A stretch of DNA of 18,458 nucleotides. It comes from Candidatus Sericytochromatia bacterium. GTDB taxonomy: Bacteria; Cyanobacteriota; Sericytochromatia; S15B-MN24; JAQBPE01. The notes beneath the pieces were generated by a model. The model searched no databases and was not told the origin of the DNA. It saw nothing but the letters and a program-made list of their open reading frames with translations. This document shows, in pieces, positions 8,794 to 17,164 of the stretch (positions are counted from its first letter, which is position 1; every line of letters begins with the position of its first letter). The translations under genes were made by a program, and so were the position numbers. Where the stretch lies: contig JBBAPZ010000033.1 in assembly GCA_040400605.1 (NCBI GenBank), positions 1-18,458 of the forward strand, read 5' to 3'.

Positions 8794-8862
8794 TACACGG
8801 ATTCCTTTGTCAACGAGTACCCCAGCTTGTCGCAACCTCGCCCTCAACGGGCGCCCGATCCC

Positions 8863-9288
8863 TCAAGGGGCGGGTTTGGCACGCACGATGAGGCGTTCAC
8901 CCGGCTCTGAATCGTCGCTGATTTCGGCCGTGCCGGTGAGGACAGCCTCAACGGCGCTTGTGTAGCGTTGCCACTCGATCTGCATGTGTGCCAGAGTCTC
9001 ACGTCCGGTTTCGGTGAGGGTGTAATACTTGCGGGGTGGGCCACTGGCGGATTCCTGCCAGTAAGCGTCAATGGCGCCTTCATTTTGCAGGCGGTTCAGC
9101 AAAGGGTAGAGTGTCCCTTCACTGGTGAGCAAGTCGCGCAGCTCCTGCATGATGTCAAAGCCGTAGCAGGGCCGGCGGGCGATCGCCGCCAGCAGGCACA
9201 TCGCTAGACTACCCTTGCGAATCTGGGACGCCCACTTTTTCAAATCCTCCCCTGACTCGGTCACAGTTGCTTTAGCACGCTTCAGCAT
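8863..9288 (-). CDS. PadR-family transcriptional regulator
   Basis: SQIRKGSLAMCLL...YGFDIMQEL...SEGTLYPLLNRL...WQESASGPPRKYYTLTETGR. GAGGTGA lies upstream of ATG 9288, which overlaps the upstream gene's 3' end. Confidence 0.95.
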   Translation of the reverse strand: MLKRAKATVTESGEDLKKWASQIRKGSLAMCLLAAIARRPCYGFDIMQELRDLLTSEGTLYPLLNRLQNEGAIDAYWQESASGPPRKYYTLTETGRETLAHMQIEWQRYTSAVEAVLTGTAEISDDSEPGERLIVRAKPAP

Positions 9289-10390
9289 GGTCACCTCGTA
9301 TGGGCAACAAGCGGTCAATCAGGGTGATCACTACCGCCAGCACCAGCGTGCAGCCAAACGGCAGCCACGCAGCAACCACACCCGGCAAGCCTGACACCTG
9401 CCCCCATTGCAACAATGCAAAGACTCCTGAACTGGTCACAATCCACAAACCGACCGTTAAACCGCGCACCGGACGGAACCGGGTCAGAAACAAGCCCAGT
9501 GCCAGACCCAGCGCGCCCATACCAAAAGAGAGTGCCGGCACACTCACCTTGAGCGCACCTAGCCACGTTATGAGCCTCAGGGCCTCATCGGCCTGTGCCA
9601 CGTCGGTATAATTCGCCTTGGACGCCAACAGGCGTGCGCGTTTCGCTGTCTCTTCAGCCAGTCGGGCCTGAACCTCGGCACGCGTCAATTCCTGGATTGA
9701 GCGGGGGGGGTGTGGCAAGTCCTGACCGGGTTGCCTCAACTGTTCGCGCAGGAAATCAACACTCGCCCGATTGGCTGCTGGCAGAAGCGTATCGTTGAGC
9801 ACAATACCCAGACCAGCGGGTAACAGTGAGCCGAGCAGAATCGCAGCCACAAGCCCCGGCAAGGCGGAGCGAAACATCCCCCGGCTCAGTTCACTGGACA
9901 GACGCGGTAAACCGAACAATCCCACGGCTAGTGTCGCCATCGGCAGGCAGATGACCAGAATTGCAGGCAAATAGTACAGAGCCAGTGGCAGCAGCCAGCT
10001 ATCTGTCGCACGCATGACACCTGTGAACAGGTACCAGGTGTTTAACGTGCTCAAGCCAACCAGAATGACCATCGTGATCAAAAAGGGTTTGCTCACTGCG
10101 GCCAGCAAGATTCGCAGCATCTCCAGGGGCGATCGCCGCCGCTCAACCGTCACCAGACGCTCCTGAAGCATCGCAGACGCCAACACCATCGGTTCACCCA
10201 TTCGCGCAATCACCGCATCCAACGCCTCGCCACGCCTCAACCCCTCCTCGAGATGCGTCGCCAATTCACGCACGATATCCTCGCGCTCACCCTCACCCAA
10301 AGGACCAAGCCCCGCACGAACCGCAGCCAGATAATCCTCGAACCCGGCCTCACCATCGCCCACACGCGCCACGTTCAGGTCCCCTTTCAT
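9272..10390 (-). CDS. HAAS (DUF1700-like) domain fused to an LptF/LptG-like multi-pass membrane domain
   Basis: N-terminal EDYLAAVRAGLGPL...EREDIVRELATHLEE...VIARMGEP..LA is the HAAS pattern. About six TM segments follow with LptF/G-like landmarks. Alternative GTG start at 10372. Confidence 0.8.
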   Translation of the reverse strand: MKGDLNVARVGDGEAGFEDYLAAVRAGLGPLGEGEREDIVRELATHLEEGLRRGEALDAVIARMGEPMVLASAMLQERLVTVERRRSPLEMLRILLAAVSKPFLITMVILVGLSTLNTWYLFTGVMRATDSWLLPLALYYLPAILVICLPMATLAVGLFGLPRLSSELSRGMFRSALPGLVAAILLGSLLPAGLGIVLNDTLLPAANRASVDFLREQLRQPGQDLPHPPRSIQELTRAEVQARLAEETAKRARLLASKANYTDVAQADEALRLITWLGALKVSVPALSFGMGALGLALGLFLTRFRPVRGLTVGLWIVTSSGVFALLQWGQVSGLPGVVAAWLPFGCTLVLAVVITLIDRLLPIRGDHAEAC

Positions 10391-10414
10391 TCCCGCCTTT
10401 GCCTAACACGCAAA

Positions 10415-10454
10415 ATAATAAACCATAGTATCTTGCATTGCAAGGTACTATGGT
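10415..10454 (-). promoter_or_regulatory. Sigma70-type promoter overlapped by a 33-bp palindrome (probable PadR operator)
   Basis: ACCATAGTATCTTGCA-T-TGCAAGGTACTATGGT (10422-10454, arms 15/16). Minus strand -35 TTGCAA (10443-10438), 17-nt spacer, -10 TATTAT (10420-10415). Confidence 0.8.
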
Positions 10455-10538
10455 AAAAGTTTAGGCTGCCGTTTCCACGTGGAGAAGCGGTTTGTCCGTC
10501 AGATGTCAACGAGGCAGTGCGGATGATCCCTGCAAGCG

Positions 10539-11071
10539 CTATGCGTGATTGTTCAGTTCGTAGCGGAATTCGTCACTGGTGCGGCCCTTGAAGTGGTCGG
10601 CGCCGGGGGTCAGTGCGACCTGCTCAAAACCCAGGGATTGAGTCAGCCTTACTGAGGCTTGATTATGGGTATCCATTTCCGCAATGATGCGCGCGACGCC
10701 ATAGCCTGTGAACAGGTGACGCACCAGGGCCTGGCAGCCTTCGCGGGCGAAGCCTTGACGCTGGTCGTTGGTGAAGATGAAACAGGCGATGTGCGCCTCG
10801 GTGCGGTCAACCCGCACGGAGGCCTGCAGCCATCCCACGTAGCGGCCCGAATCATTATGACGCGCGGCCCAGTTGAGCCAGTATTCCTGTCCGAAAGCTT
10901 GGCAAATCGGGTCGCGAGCGCCGTCACATTGATGGGCGGTTCCTCTACCACGAATCCATACAGGCGATCATCACACAGCCCGTCAAAGCGTTCAGTGGCA
11001 TGTGCCGCCTGCAATGGTTCCAGCGTCAGCCGGGGACTGAGCAGTCGCGCCTCTAGTAGCTGTTCCAGCAA
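10539..11071 (-). pseudogene. Frameshifted GNAT N-acetyltransferase (RimJ/RimL type)
   Basis: Frame A: LLSPRLTLEPLQAAHA...LATRFAKLS. Frame B from about 10891: GQEYWLNWAARHNDSGRYVGWLQASV...QRQGFAREGC...NQASVRLTQSLGF. Confidence 0.82.
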
Positions 11072-11218
11072 CGTCTTGTTCTATTTCTCCTGTTCGGAAC
11101 GGGATAGACTTGAAATGGACTCAACCCCAAACACCGTCCCCTCGCGGCACGTCCGTCATTGTCAGCCGACAGGAATGGAAACGAAAAAACAGTCAGCATT
11201 GGATTTGGAACGGATATT

Positions 11219-11470
11219 ATGCGTGTCACTGAGTCTTCCGACAAAAATCGGTCAGCCATCAGCATCCGGGAAAAGATGCGCAAGGCTGAAATGAAACGTG
11301 CCACGTCTGTCGCGTATGGGGCTGTTGTTGTTGGTGCGCTGGCAGGGTTGGGCGCTGTCGTGAAACAAAGCTCGCCGCGAATCGCCTATCCGTTGTTGGC
11401 ACTGTTTGGGGTTGCGGAGTTAGTTGGTTTGGCAGCGGTCTGGAAATCGATCAAGCTACGAATAGAATGA
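11219..11470 (+). CDS. Small hypothetical membrane protein (two TM helices)
   Basis: Hydrophobic segments VAYGAVVVGALAGLGAVV and IAYPLLALFGVAELVGLAAVW. Start uncertain (11219, 11276 or 11291). Confidence 0.5.
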   Translation: MRVTESSDKNRSAISIREKMRKAEMKRATSVAYGAVVVGALAGLGAVVKQSSPRIAYPLLALFGVAELVGLAAVWKSIKLRIE

Positions 11471-11543
11471 GTGTGACGCTTACCCCAACAGCAATGGTGT
11501 TTTTCAATCCGGGCCTTGTCGACAGCTTCGAACGGATAACGGA

Positions 11544-11948
11544 TCAGGCACCGAGTTCTTTAACAAGAACCTCTACCCGCTGGCGGATCGCATCACGAAT
11601 CTCCCTGACACGTTCCACCGACTGATCCTTCGGATCATCCAGCCCCCAATCCGCCATCGAACCCAGCTTGACCGGACACGCCAGGTTCACGCCGCAGCCC
11701 ATGCTGATCGCACGATCACCCGCTTTGAGGCCATCCAAATCCGCAAGCTTGGGATGATGGCCTTCTCCAATCAAATCAATTCCAAGTTCCTTCATCACCG
11801 CGACGACCGTCGCATTCATACCGGTCGCAGGCTCCGTCCCCCCGGAGACCGCCCGGGCCTTGCCCGGATCGGCCAAGCGATTGAAAAAGGCTTCCGCCAT
11901 TTGGCTTCGACCAGTATTATGCACACAGGCAAACAAAACAGTCTTCAT
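11544..11948 (-). CDS. arsC: Arsenate reductase, LMW-PTPase fold
   Basis: VLFACVHNTGRSQMAE (CX5R), SMGCGVNLACP resolving cysteines, DWGLDDP...VREIRDAI. SD AAGGAG before ATG 11948; adjacent to acr3. Confidence 0.93.
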   Translation of the reverse strand: MKTVLFACVHNTGRSQMAEAFFNRLADPGKARAVSGGTEPATGMNATVVAVMKELGIDLIGEGHHPKLADLDGLKAGDRAISMGCGVNLACPVKLGSMADWGLDDPKDQSVERVREIRDAIRQRVEVLVKELGA

Positions 11949-12071
11949 CAAAAACTCCTTGCGGCCCTCCAACGCCAAGATTCGTCACGACGCCGAAACA
12001 AGGGCGCAGGAACCAACACAAGGCATCGGCCGCGAACAATTTGTCGTTGACCATCTTCGAGGCGCTTCATC

Positions 12072-13142
12072 ATGACCACCGCTACCCTTCATGTCAATCA
12101 GATCGTCGGCAAGCTGTCGTTCATCGACCGCTACTTGCCTGTCTGGATCTTCGTTGCCATGGGTTTGGGCATCCTGCTTGGCAAGGTTTATCCCGGTATC
12201 GGCCCCACGCTGGATACAATCAAGGTGGCCGACGTGTCGTTGCCCATCGCAGTCGGTCTGCTGTGGATGATGTACCCTGTACTCGCCAAGGTCCGCTACG
12301 AAACCCTGGGCACTTTTACGGTCAAGGGCCAGCTCTTCGGTGCCTCCCTTCTTTTCAACTGGCTCCTGGGCCCCCTCGTGATGTTTGCCCTCGCTTGGGC
12401 ATTGCTGCCCGATTTGCCGCACTACCGCACGGGCCTCATTTTGATCGGACTGGCACGCTGCATCGCGATGGTGCTGCTCTGGAACATGCTGGCCGAGGGA
12501 GACAATGAAGCGGCAGCCATCATGGTGGCGCTCAACTCGCTCTTTCAGATTCTGTTTTACGCAGTCCTCGGTTACTTCTACCTGACAATCGTGCCGGTTT
12601 GGCTCGGAGGAACAGCAACGGCCCTGAACATCTCGATGGGGACCATCGCTCAAAGCGTGCTGATTTTCCTCGGCATCCCACTGGCCTTGGGCGCAATGAC
12701 CCGCATCGTGGGTGTGTCGCTGAAAGGTCGAGACTGGTATGACAATGTCTTGGTTCCCAAGTTGGGACCGACAGCCCTCGTCGGGTTGCTGTATACCATC
12801 GTCTTGATGTTCAGCATGCAGGGTGAGAAAATCGTCGCGCTTCCGCTGGACGTCTTGCGCATTGCTATCCCGTTGCTATTTTATTTCTTGATCATGTTTT
12901 TTCTCGCCTTCGCTGCGAGCAAGGCTTTGGGCTTCAACTACAAGGAAACAGCTGCCTTGTCCTTCACCGCAGCCGGGAACAACTTCGAATTGGCTATCGC
13001 AGTGGCGGTGGGCATCTTCGGCCTTGCCTCCCCTGAGGCATTGGCAGCCGTCGTCGGTCCCCTCATCGAGGTTCCGGCCTTGGTTGTGTTGGTATACGTC
13101 TCGCTGTGGCTGAAGCCGCGCCTCTTTCCAGGCGATGAATGA
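12072..13142 (+). CDS. acr3: ACR3-family arsenite efflux transporter
   Basis: KLSFIDRYLPVWI, MMYPVLAKV, GLARCIAMV (essential Cys), AAGNNFELAIAVA, VGPLIEVP. Confidence 0.97.
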   Translation: MTTATLHVNQIVGKLSFIDRYLPVWIFVAMGLGILLGKVYPGIGPTLDTIKVADVSLPIAVGLLWMMYPVLAKVRYETLGTFTVKGQLFGASLLFNWLLGPLVMFALAWALLPDLPHYRTGLILIGLARCIAMVLLWNMLAEGDNEAAAIMVALNSLFQILFYAVLGYFYLTIVPVWLGGTATALNISMGTIAQSVLIFLGIPLALGAMTRIVGVSLKGRDWYDNVLVPKLGPTALVGLLYTIVLMFSMQGEKIVALPLDVLRIAIPLLFYFLIMFFLAFAASKALGFNYKETAALSFTAAGNNFELAIAVAVGIFGLASPEALAAVVGPLIEVPALVVLVYVSLWLKPRLFPGDE

Positions 13143-13326
13143 CAGCGTGAACCGTGTGCTGCGGCGTCTGGATGTAGCAACACCCCGAATCACCAAACTG
13201 TCGAAGCGCCCGAGTGTTTAACGTTGATTGGGATGGTTGGTTATGACTGTCAGTTTTTGACGGGTTGTTGTTCGCCTGGCTGACAACCATCTGAATTTTC
13301 GCAGGGTTGAACTGGAAGGGGGTTCT

Positions 13327-16158
13327 TCAAGGCAGCTTGTCTGCAGGAATCTGCTTGATCTGATCGTGGCCCGTGTCTGCGATGTAAAGTGTGCCATTTG
13401 CGTCGAAGGCGAGCGAAGCGGGCTCGCGCAGGCCATTGTCGACACCTTTGCCGTTGAAGAAGCGTCCCCCTTCGCCTGCGAGGGTCGTGATGATGCCCGT
13501 CTTGGCGTCGACCCGCCGGATGCGGTGGTTCTGGCTGTCTGCGATGTAAAGGTTATCGTTGGCATCGAAGGCAAGTGAGAGGGGCCAGTTGAGGCCGGCC
13601 CGGGTCGCAAGCTCACCGTCGCCCTTAAACTGACCGCCCGCTTCGGTGCTGCCGGCGACTGCCTGAATCTTGCCATCCGGGCTTCGTTTGTAGACGATTG
13701 AGCCCAAAATGTCTGCGAAGTACAGCGTCCCATCGGGACGTACGGTGAGTCCGTAGTGAATCGACAGATTTTTCTTTGGGACAATTTCCTCGGCGGTGTC
13801 GCCTGTGACGCGCACGATGCGGCTGCTTGGAAGCGGCGATACGGTGGTATCGCTGATGATCCACGCCCCGGCGTTATCCCGGGCTGCAAAAAAAGGTTTG
13901 ATCCCTTCTGGCAAGCCAATCATGGCGATCCGACCGCTCGCATCGATTTGGCGAAAGGCGAAGCGTTCTTGACTGCCTGAGCAAAAACTGAGGCCACCAT
14001 CACGCCCGGGGATGAGGCTGGTGCTTATGCCAATGCCGGCTCGCAACGCGACCGTCTCTTCGGTGGCGCTTTGTTGATCAGGCGGCGTGCCGTTGCCCGC
14101 CACGCGCCGATAAAGCTGGTCATTGTCGCGACGCCAGATGATGCCATTCAAGCCATCACCAACCAACATGCGTCCCTGGGTATCAAATGCGAGCGCCGAA
14201 GGCCGATTGAGGCTCAACACTTCGCCGGTGACGCCCACACTGGCGTCTGTGGCTATCCCAGCCACACGTGCATATGCCCCGGTTGCGAGTGTATAACGCC
14301 AGACACCCCCTTCCGTTCCGGAAGAAATCCAGACGTATTCACGACTGGCCGTGAGGCCATTGGGTTCCACGGGTTCGTCAAGGCGCTTGACCACGCGCCA
14401 TTGCCCGTCTCTAAACTCGTGAAGATTACCTTCGCCATGCTTGTACCAGATGCCTTGTGAACCGCCAGCAAGGTGCCAGTTGCCCTTGACCGGCAAGGCG
14501 GGGATATCCTCCGCCTTAACGAACATATCGCCATCAAGCCGGCCGAACCCTTCATCGCCATAGTCACAGATAACCATACCCTCCGAGGTCGCGGCGAGCT
14601 TGGCAGGGGTGCGCCGCTTGCCCGCATGCAGAATGGGTGTCAAAGTCCCGTCAGGCTCAATCCGAAAAGTGCCTTCCTGTGCCGCGAACAACACACGCCC
14701 GGTATTATCCACCGCGATGGCATGGGGGTTGCTGAAAACGGCCTCTGAAGCCAGTGCCCCTTTCTCGATCGGCGCACCGGCTGGCGCTGGCATGAAATTG
14801 GAGAGACCTGCCTTTGCCACGCTTTTGCCGGCCACCGTGCTGATAAGTCCAGTCGCCGCATCAATGCGTCGGATGCGGTTCCCCTTCCATTCACACACGT
14901 AGGCATTCCCTTGCTGGTCACACGCAATGGCAGCCGGACTATTAAGGCTGGCCTGCAAGGCTGACTGACCATCTCCCACAGTCAGTCCATCGACGTCAAC
15001 ACGCAAATTGGCTGCGATTCCCGCGTAACCAAAGACGCGACCATCCGACGAGATTCGCCTGATGCGCCCCGCCCAGTTCTCGACCACCAGCAGGTTGCCA
15101 TCTGGTAATGCCAGCAGCCGGTGTGGCGAGGCCAGCGACACATTGAGGGCTGGCAAGCCCTCTCCCAGATTGCTCAAACCCGCCACCAGCAAGCTTTCCA
15201 CATAGCGCATCTGGTTATTGAACGCGCCGTTGGCCGATCGCGCAGTCTCGACCGCCTCAACCAAGGTGTCAGGCAATAGATTCTCCAGCTTGAATGAATC
15301 CACGCTGGAAGCCAATTTGGCACGGGTCACAGCCTCGACCTCCCCGGGCAACTTCTCGAGCGTGGCCTGATTGCCTTTCACGTAGCGTTGGGTGATGTAA
15401 GTCATCGTCATCGTGCTGATCGCATCCAGTGTGACCGAACGCGCCTTACCATCCGGTGCATCCGGCAAGTAAGCCATGGCTGTGCCAGCACCGGGGGCTT
15501 GCCCCGCGACTTCAAGCAGGAAGCTTCTGCCAGTCGGCGTGCGCTCGAAGCGGTACTGCCCCTCTGCATTGGTGGTTGCAAGATAAGGGGCACCGTTTTC
15601 ATCCGGAACCCACCGCCTCGCAGCATCGACAATCACCAAGGTGACGCCACCCACCGGTTCGGCACCGGCCTGTAACAGATGACGACGGGGCTCGGATTGG
15701 CGCATTTGAACGGTGGGGACTGTGCCAAAGCGACGATCGCCTGCATCCAGAGCAACAAATGACCGCGCATAACCGCCACCGTACCCGACAAGGCCGCCTG
15801 CGTTGTTACTGATAAGCCCACCTGAATTGTTACCGATAAGCCCGCCCGAATTGTTACCGATGAGGTTGGCTGGAAGGAGCAACTGACCGCTCAAGATGCC
15901 ACCTTTGTTTCGGATGGCGGTTGCGGGCAAGGTGGAGCGATCGCCCAACTGCGCCCGCTCGCTGTCCTGAAGCACACCGCCCTTGAGGGGAGGCGCTGGC
16001 GTGGGACTTCCAGACGCCAACCGGTCGTTTTTCGTTGCCGCTGTCCCGGCTCGCAGCGGCTGGGTGGGGACGCCTTGACACCCGATATTACTGAGGACGC
16101 CAAGCGCCACAATCATCGCGATCTCAGGTCTAAGCCTTGCCAGACGACGTTGGCCCAC
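13327..16158 (-). CDS. Large NHL-repeat (beta-propeller) lipoprotein
   Basis: Basic N-region, hydrophobic stretch, lipobox NIG-C. NHL repeats such as ATRAGLNWPLSLAFDANDNLYIADSQNHRIRRVDAKTGIITTLAG and LREPASLAFDANGTLYIADTGHDQIKQI. An Ig/prealbumin-like segment (ATTNAEGQYRFE) precedes them. Confidence 0.88.
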   Translation of the reverse strand: MGQRRLARLRPEIAMIVALGVLSNIGCQGVPTQPLRAGTAATKNDRLASGSPTPAPPLKGGVLQDSERAQLGDRSTLPATAIRNKGGILSGQLLLPANLIGNNSGGLIGNNSGGLISNNAGGLVGYGGGYARSFVALDAGDRRFGTVPTVQMRQSEPRRHLLQAGAEPVGGVTLVIVDAARRWVPDENGAPYLATTNAEGQYRFERTPTGRSFLLEVAGQAPGAGTAMAYLPDAPDGKARSVTLDAISTMTMTYITQRYVKGNQATLEKLPGEVEAVTRAKLASSVDSFKLENLLPDTLVEAVETARSANGAFNNQMRYVESLLVAGLSNLGEGLPALNVSLASPHRLLALPDGNLLVVENWAGRIRRISSDGRVFGYAGIAANLRVDVDGLTVGDGQSALQASLNSPAAIACDQQGNAYVCEWKGNRIRRIDAATGLISTVAGKSVAKAGLSNFMPAPAGAPIEKGALASEAVFSNPHAIAVDNTGRVLFAAQEGTFRIEPDGTLTPILHAGKRRTPAKLAATSEGMVICDYGDEGFGRLDGDMFVKAEDIPALPVKGNWHLAGGSQGIWYKHGEGNLHEFRDGQWRVVKRLDEPVEPNGLTASREYVWISSGTEGGVWRYTLATGAYARVAGIATDASVGVTGEVLSLNRPSALAFDTQGRMLVGDGLNGIIWRRDNDQLYRRVAGNGTPPDQQSATEETVALRAGIGISTSLIPGRDGGLSFCSGSQERFAFRQIDASGRIAMIGLPEGIKPFFAARDNAGAWIISDTTVSPLPSSRIVRVTGDTAEEIVPKKNLSIHYGLTVRPDGTLYFADILGSIVYKRSPDGKIQAVAGSTEAGGQFKGDGELATRAGLNWPLSLAFDANDNLYIADSQNHRIRRVDAKTGIITTLAGEGGRFFNGKGVDNGLREPASLAFDANGTLYIADTGHDQIKQIPADKLP
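15793..15864 (-). repeat. Three 24-bp tandem coding repeats (LIGNNSGG, LIGNNSGG, LISNNAGG)
   Basis: Units at 15841-15864, 15817-15840 and 15793-15816, differing mainly at synonymous sites. Confidence 0.9.
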
Positions 16159-16511
16159 TGTGTACCTGCCTTGACTGATGCCACTACACCAAAGATTGCA
16201 TACCCACGTTGGTAAGCGTGAAACTTGGCTTGCCGGAAAACCCCTGTCTCGTCAGGACTGTTTCGCCCTCGAACGATCGCCACCAACTGTATGCGTCTTG
16301 AACTGAGCGACTGCTCGGAAGGCAGGAAAAATGGGCTCATTTCATCTAAAAAAGTTCCCAAAATCACGCAAGTTTAAGAAAACCTTAAAGATTTGCAATT
16401 TAGATTAAATTACATTGGTTTTCTAGTTAATGTTTTATCGGCCGGAGCGTTTGCGCAAGGTCGCTCAGTAACAGTTAGTGGATCGTTTTGTATCGCAAAG
16501 GAGAATGTATC

Positions 16512-16973
16512 GTGCGTACCTGGATTGCAGTGTTGGCGATGGCCTGTTTAACGTCGGCTTGCGGCATGTCATCGGGTCCCATACGCGTCGCGCAAGGCGT
16601 TGCGACATCGGCCAAAAGCGGGGTATCCAGTTCGAGGGTAACGGAGGTTGGCAACCCTTACGGGGCCGGTTTGCTGACATTCAATCAGGGAACCCCCAAT
16701 CCAACCATTTGGCTGAATGTGAAATACAGTGACAAGGTTCGTTACTTTTCTCCTTTTGACCGTGAGGTGAATGCCTACGCCCGTGTGATCATTCGGGGCC
16801 AGCAACCCCAGGAACTTCATCTGTCAGATGTGGCACAAAGAAGTGGCGAGAATATTCGCATCCAGGGCGTTTCGAAAGAATCGGATATCCTGGCAGTCGA
16901 ACTGGCCTTCCACGTGGGTGGTAAATGGGATTCCAACAACGGTCGAAACTATACGATCGATCTTCATCGTTAA
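16512..16973 (+). CDS. Small lipoprotein with a putative starch/glycogen-binding domain (CBM21/CBM25-like)
   Basis: SD AAGGAG 16498-16503, GTG start, lipobox TSA-C, C-terminal VELAFHVGGKWDSNNGRNYTI matching the WDNNxGxNY signature. Confidence 0.72.
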   Translation: MRTWIAVLAMACLTSACGMSSGPIRVAQGVATSAKSGVSSSRVTEVGNPYGAGLLTFNQGTPNPTIWLNVKYSDKVRYFSPFDREVNAYARVIIRGQQPQELHLSDVAQRSGENIRIQGVSKESDILAVELAFHVGGKWDSNNGRNYTIDLHR

Positions 16974-17164
16974 CAATTAAACAAAGCTCCTCGAATTCAG
17001 TGTGATTGACGCTTCCTCGTGAAGGGTCAGGCGATCGCACGTGACTCCTGATGGAGAACTTGCCCGTGCAGCACCCAGAAGCCGTCACGGGCGAGTTTTT
17101 CGCGATGCTGTCAATTGTGCAACGTGCCCATGACCGTCTGAGCCAGCCAAAGACTGACCACCAA

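Noticed and set aside
8167..8847. 226-aa minus-strand ORF as an intact gene
   Set aside because: Only the middle resembles a CoA-transferase. The ends are non-homologous sequence and frameshift run-on overlapping the PaiB-like gene.
11960..12060. Minus-strand LFAADALCWFLRP as an aquaporin C-terminal remnant upstream of arsC
   Set aside because: Too short, no NPA motif and no fitting stop; indistinguishable from chance.
15793..15864. 24-bp repeats as a CRISPR array
   Set aside because: No spacers, in-frame coding with synonymous variation, and no cas genes in the window.
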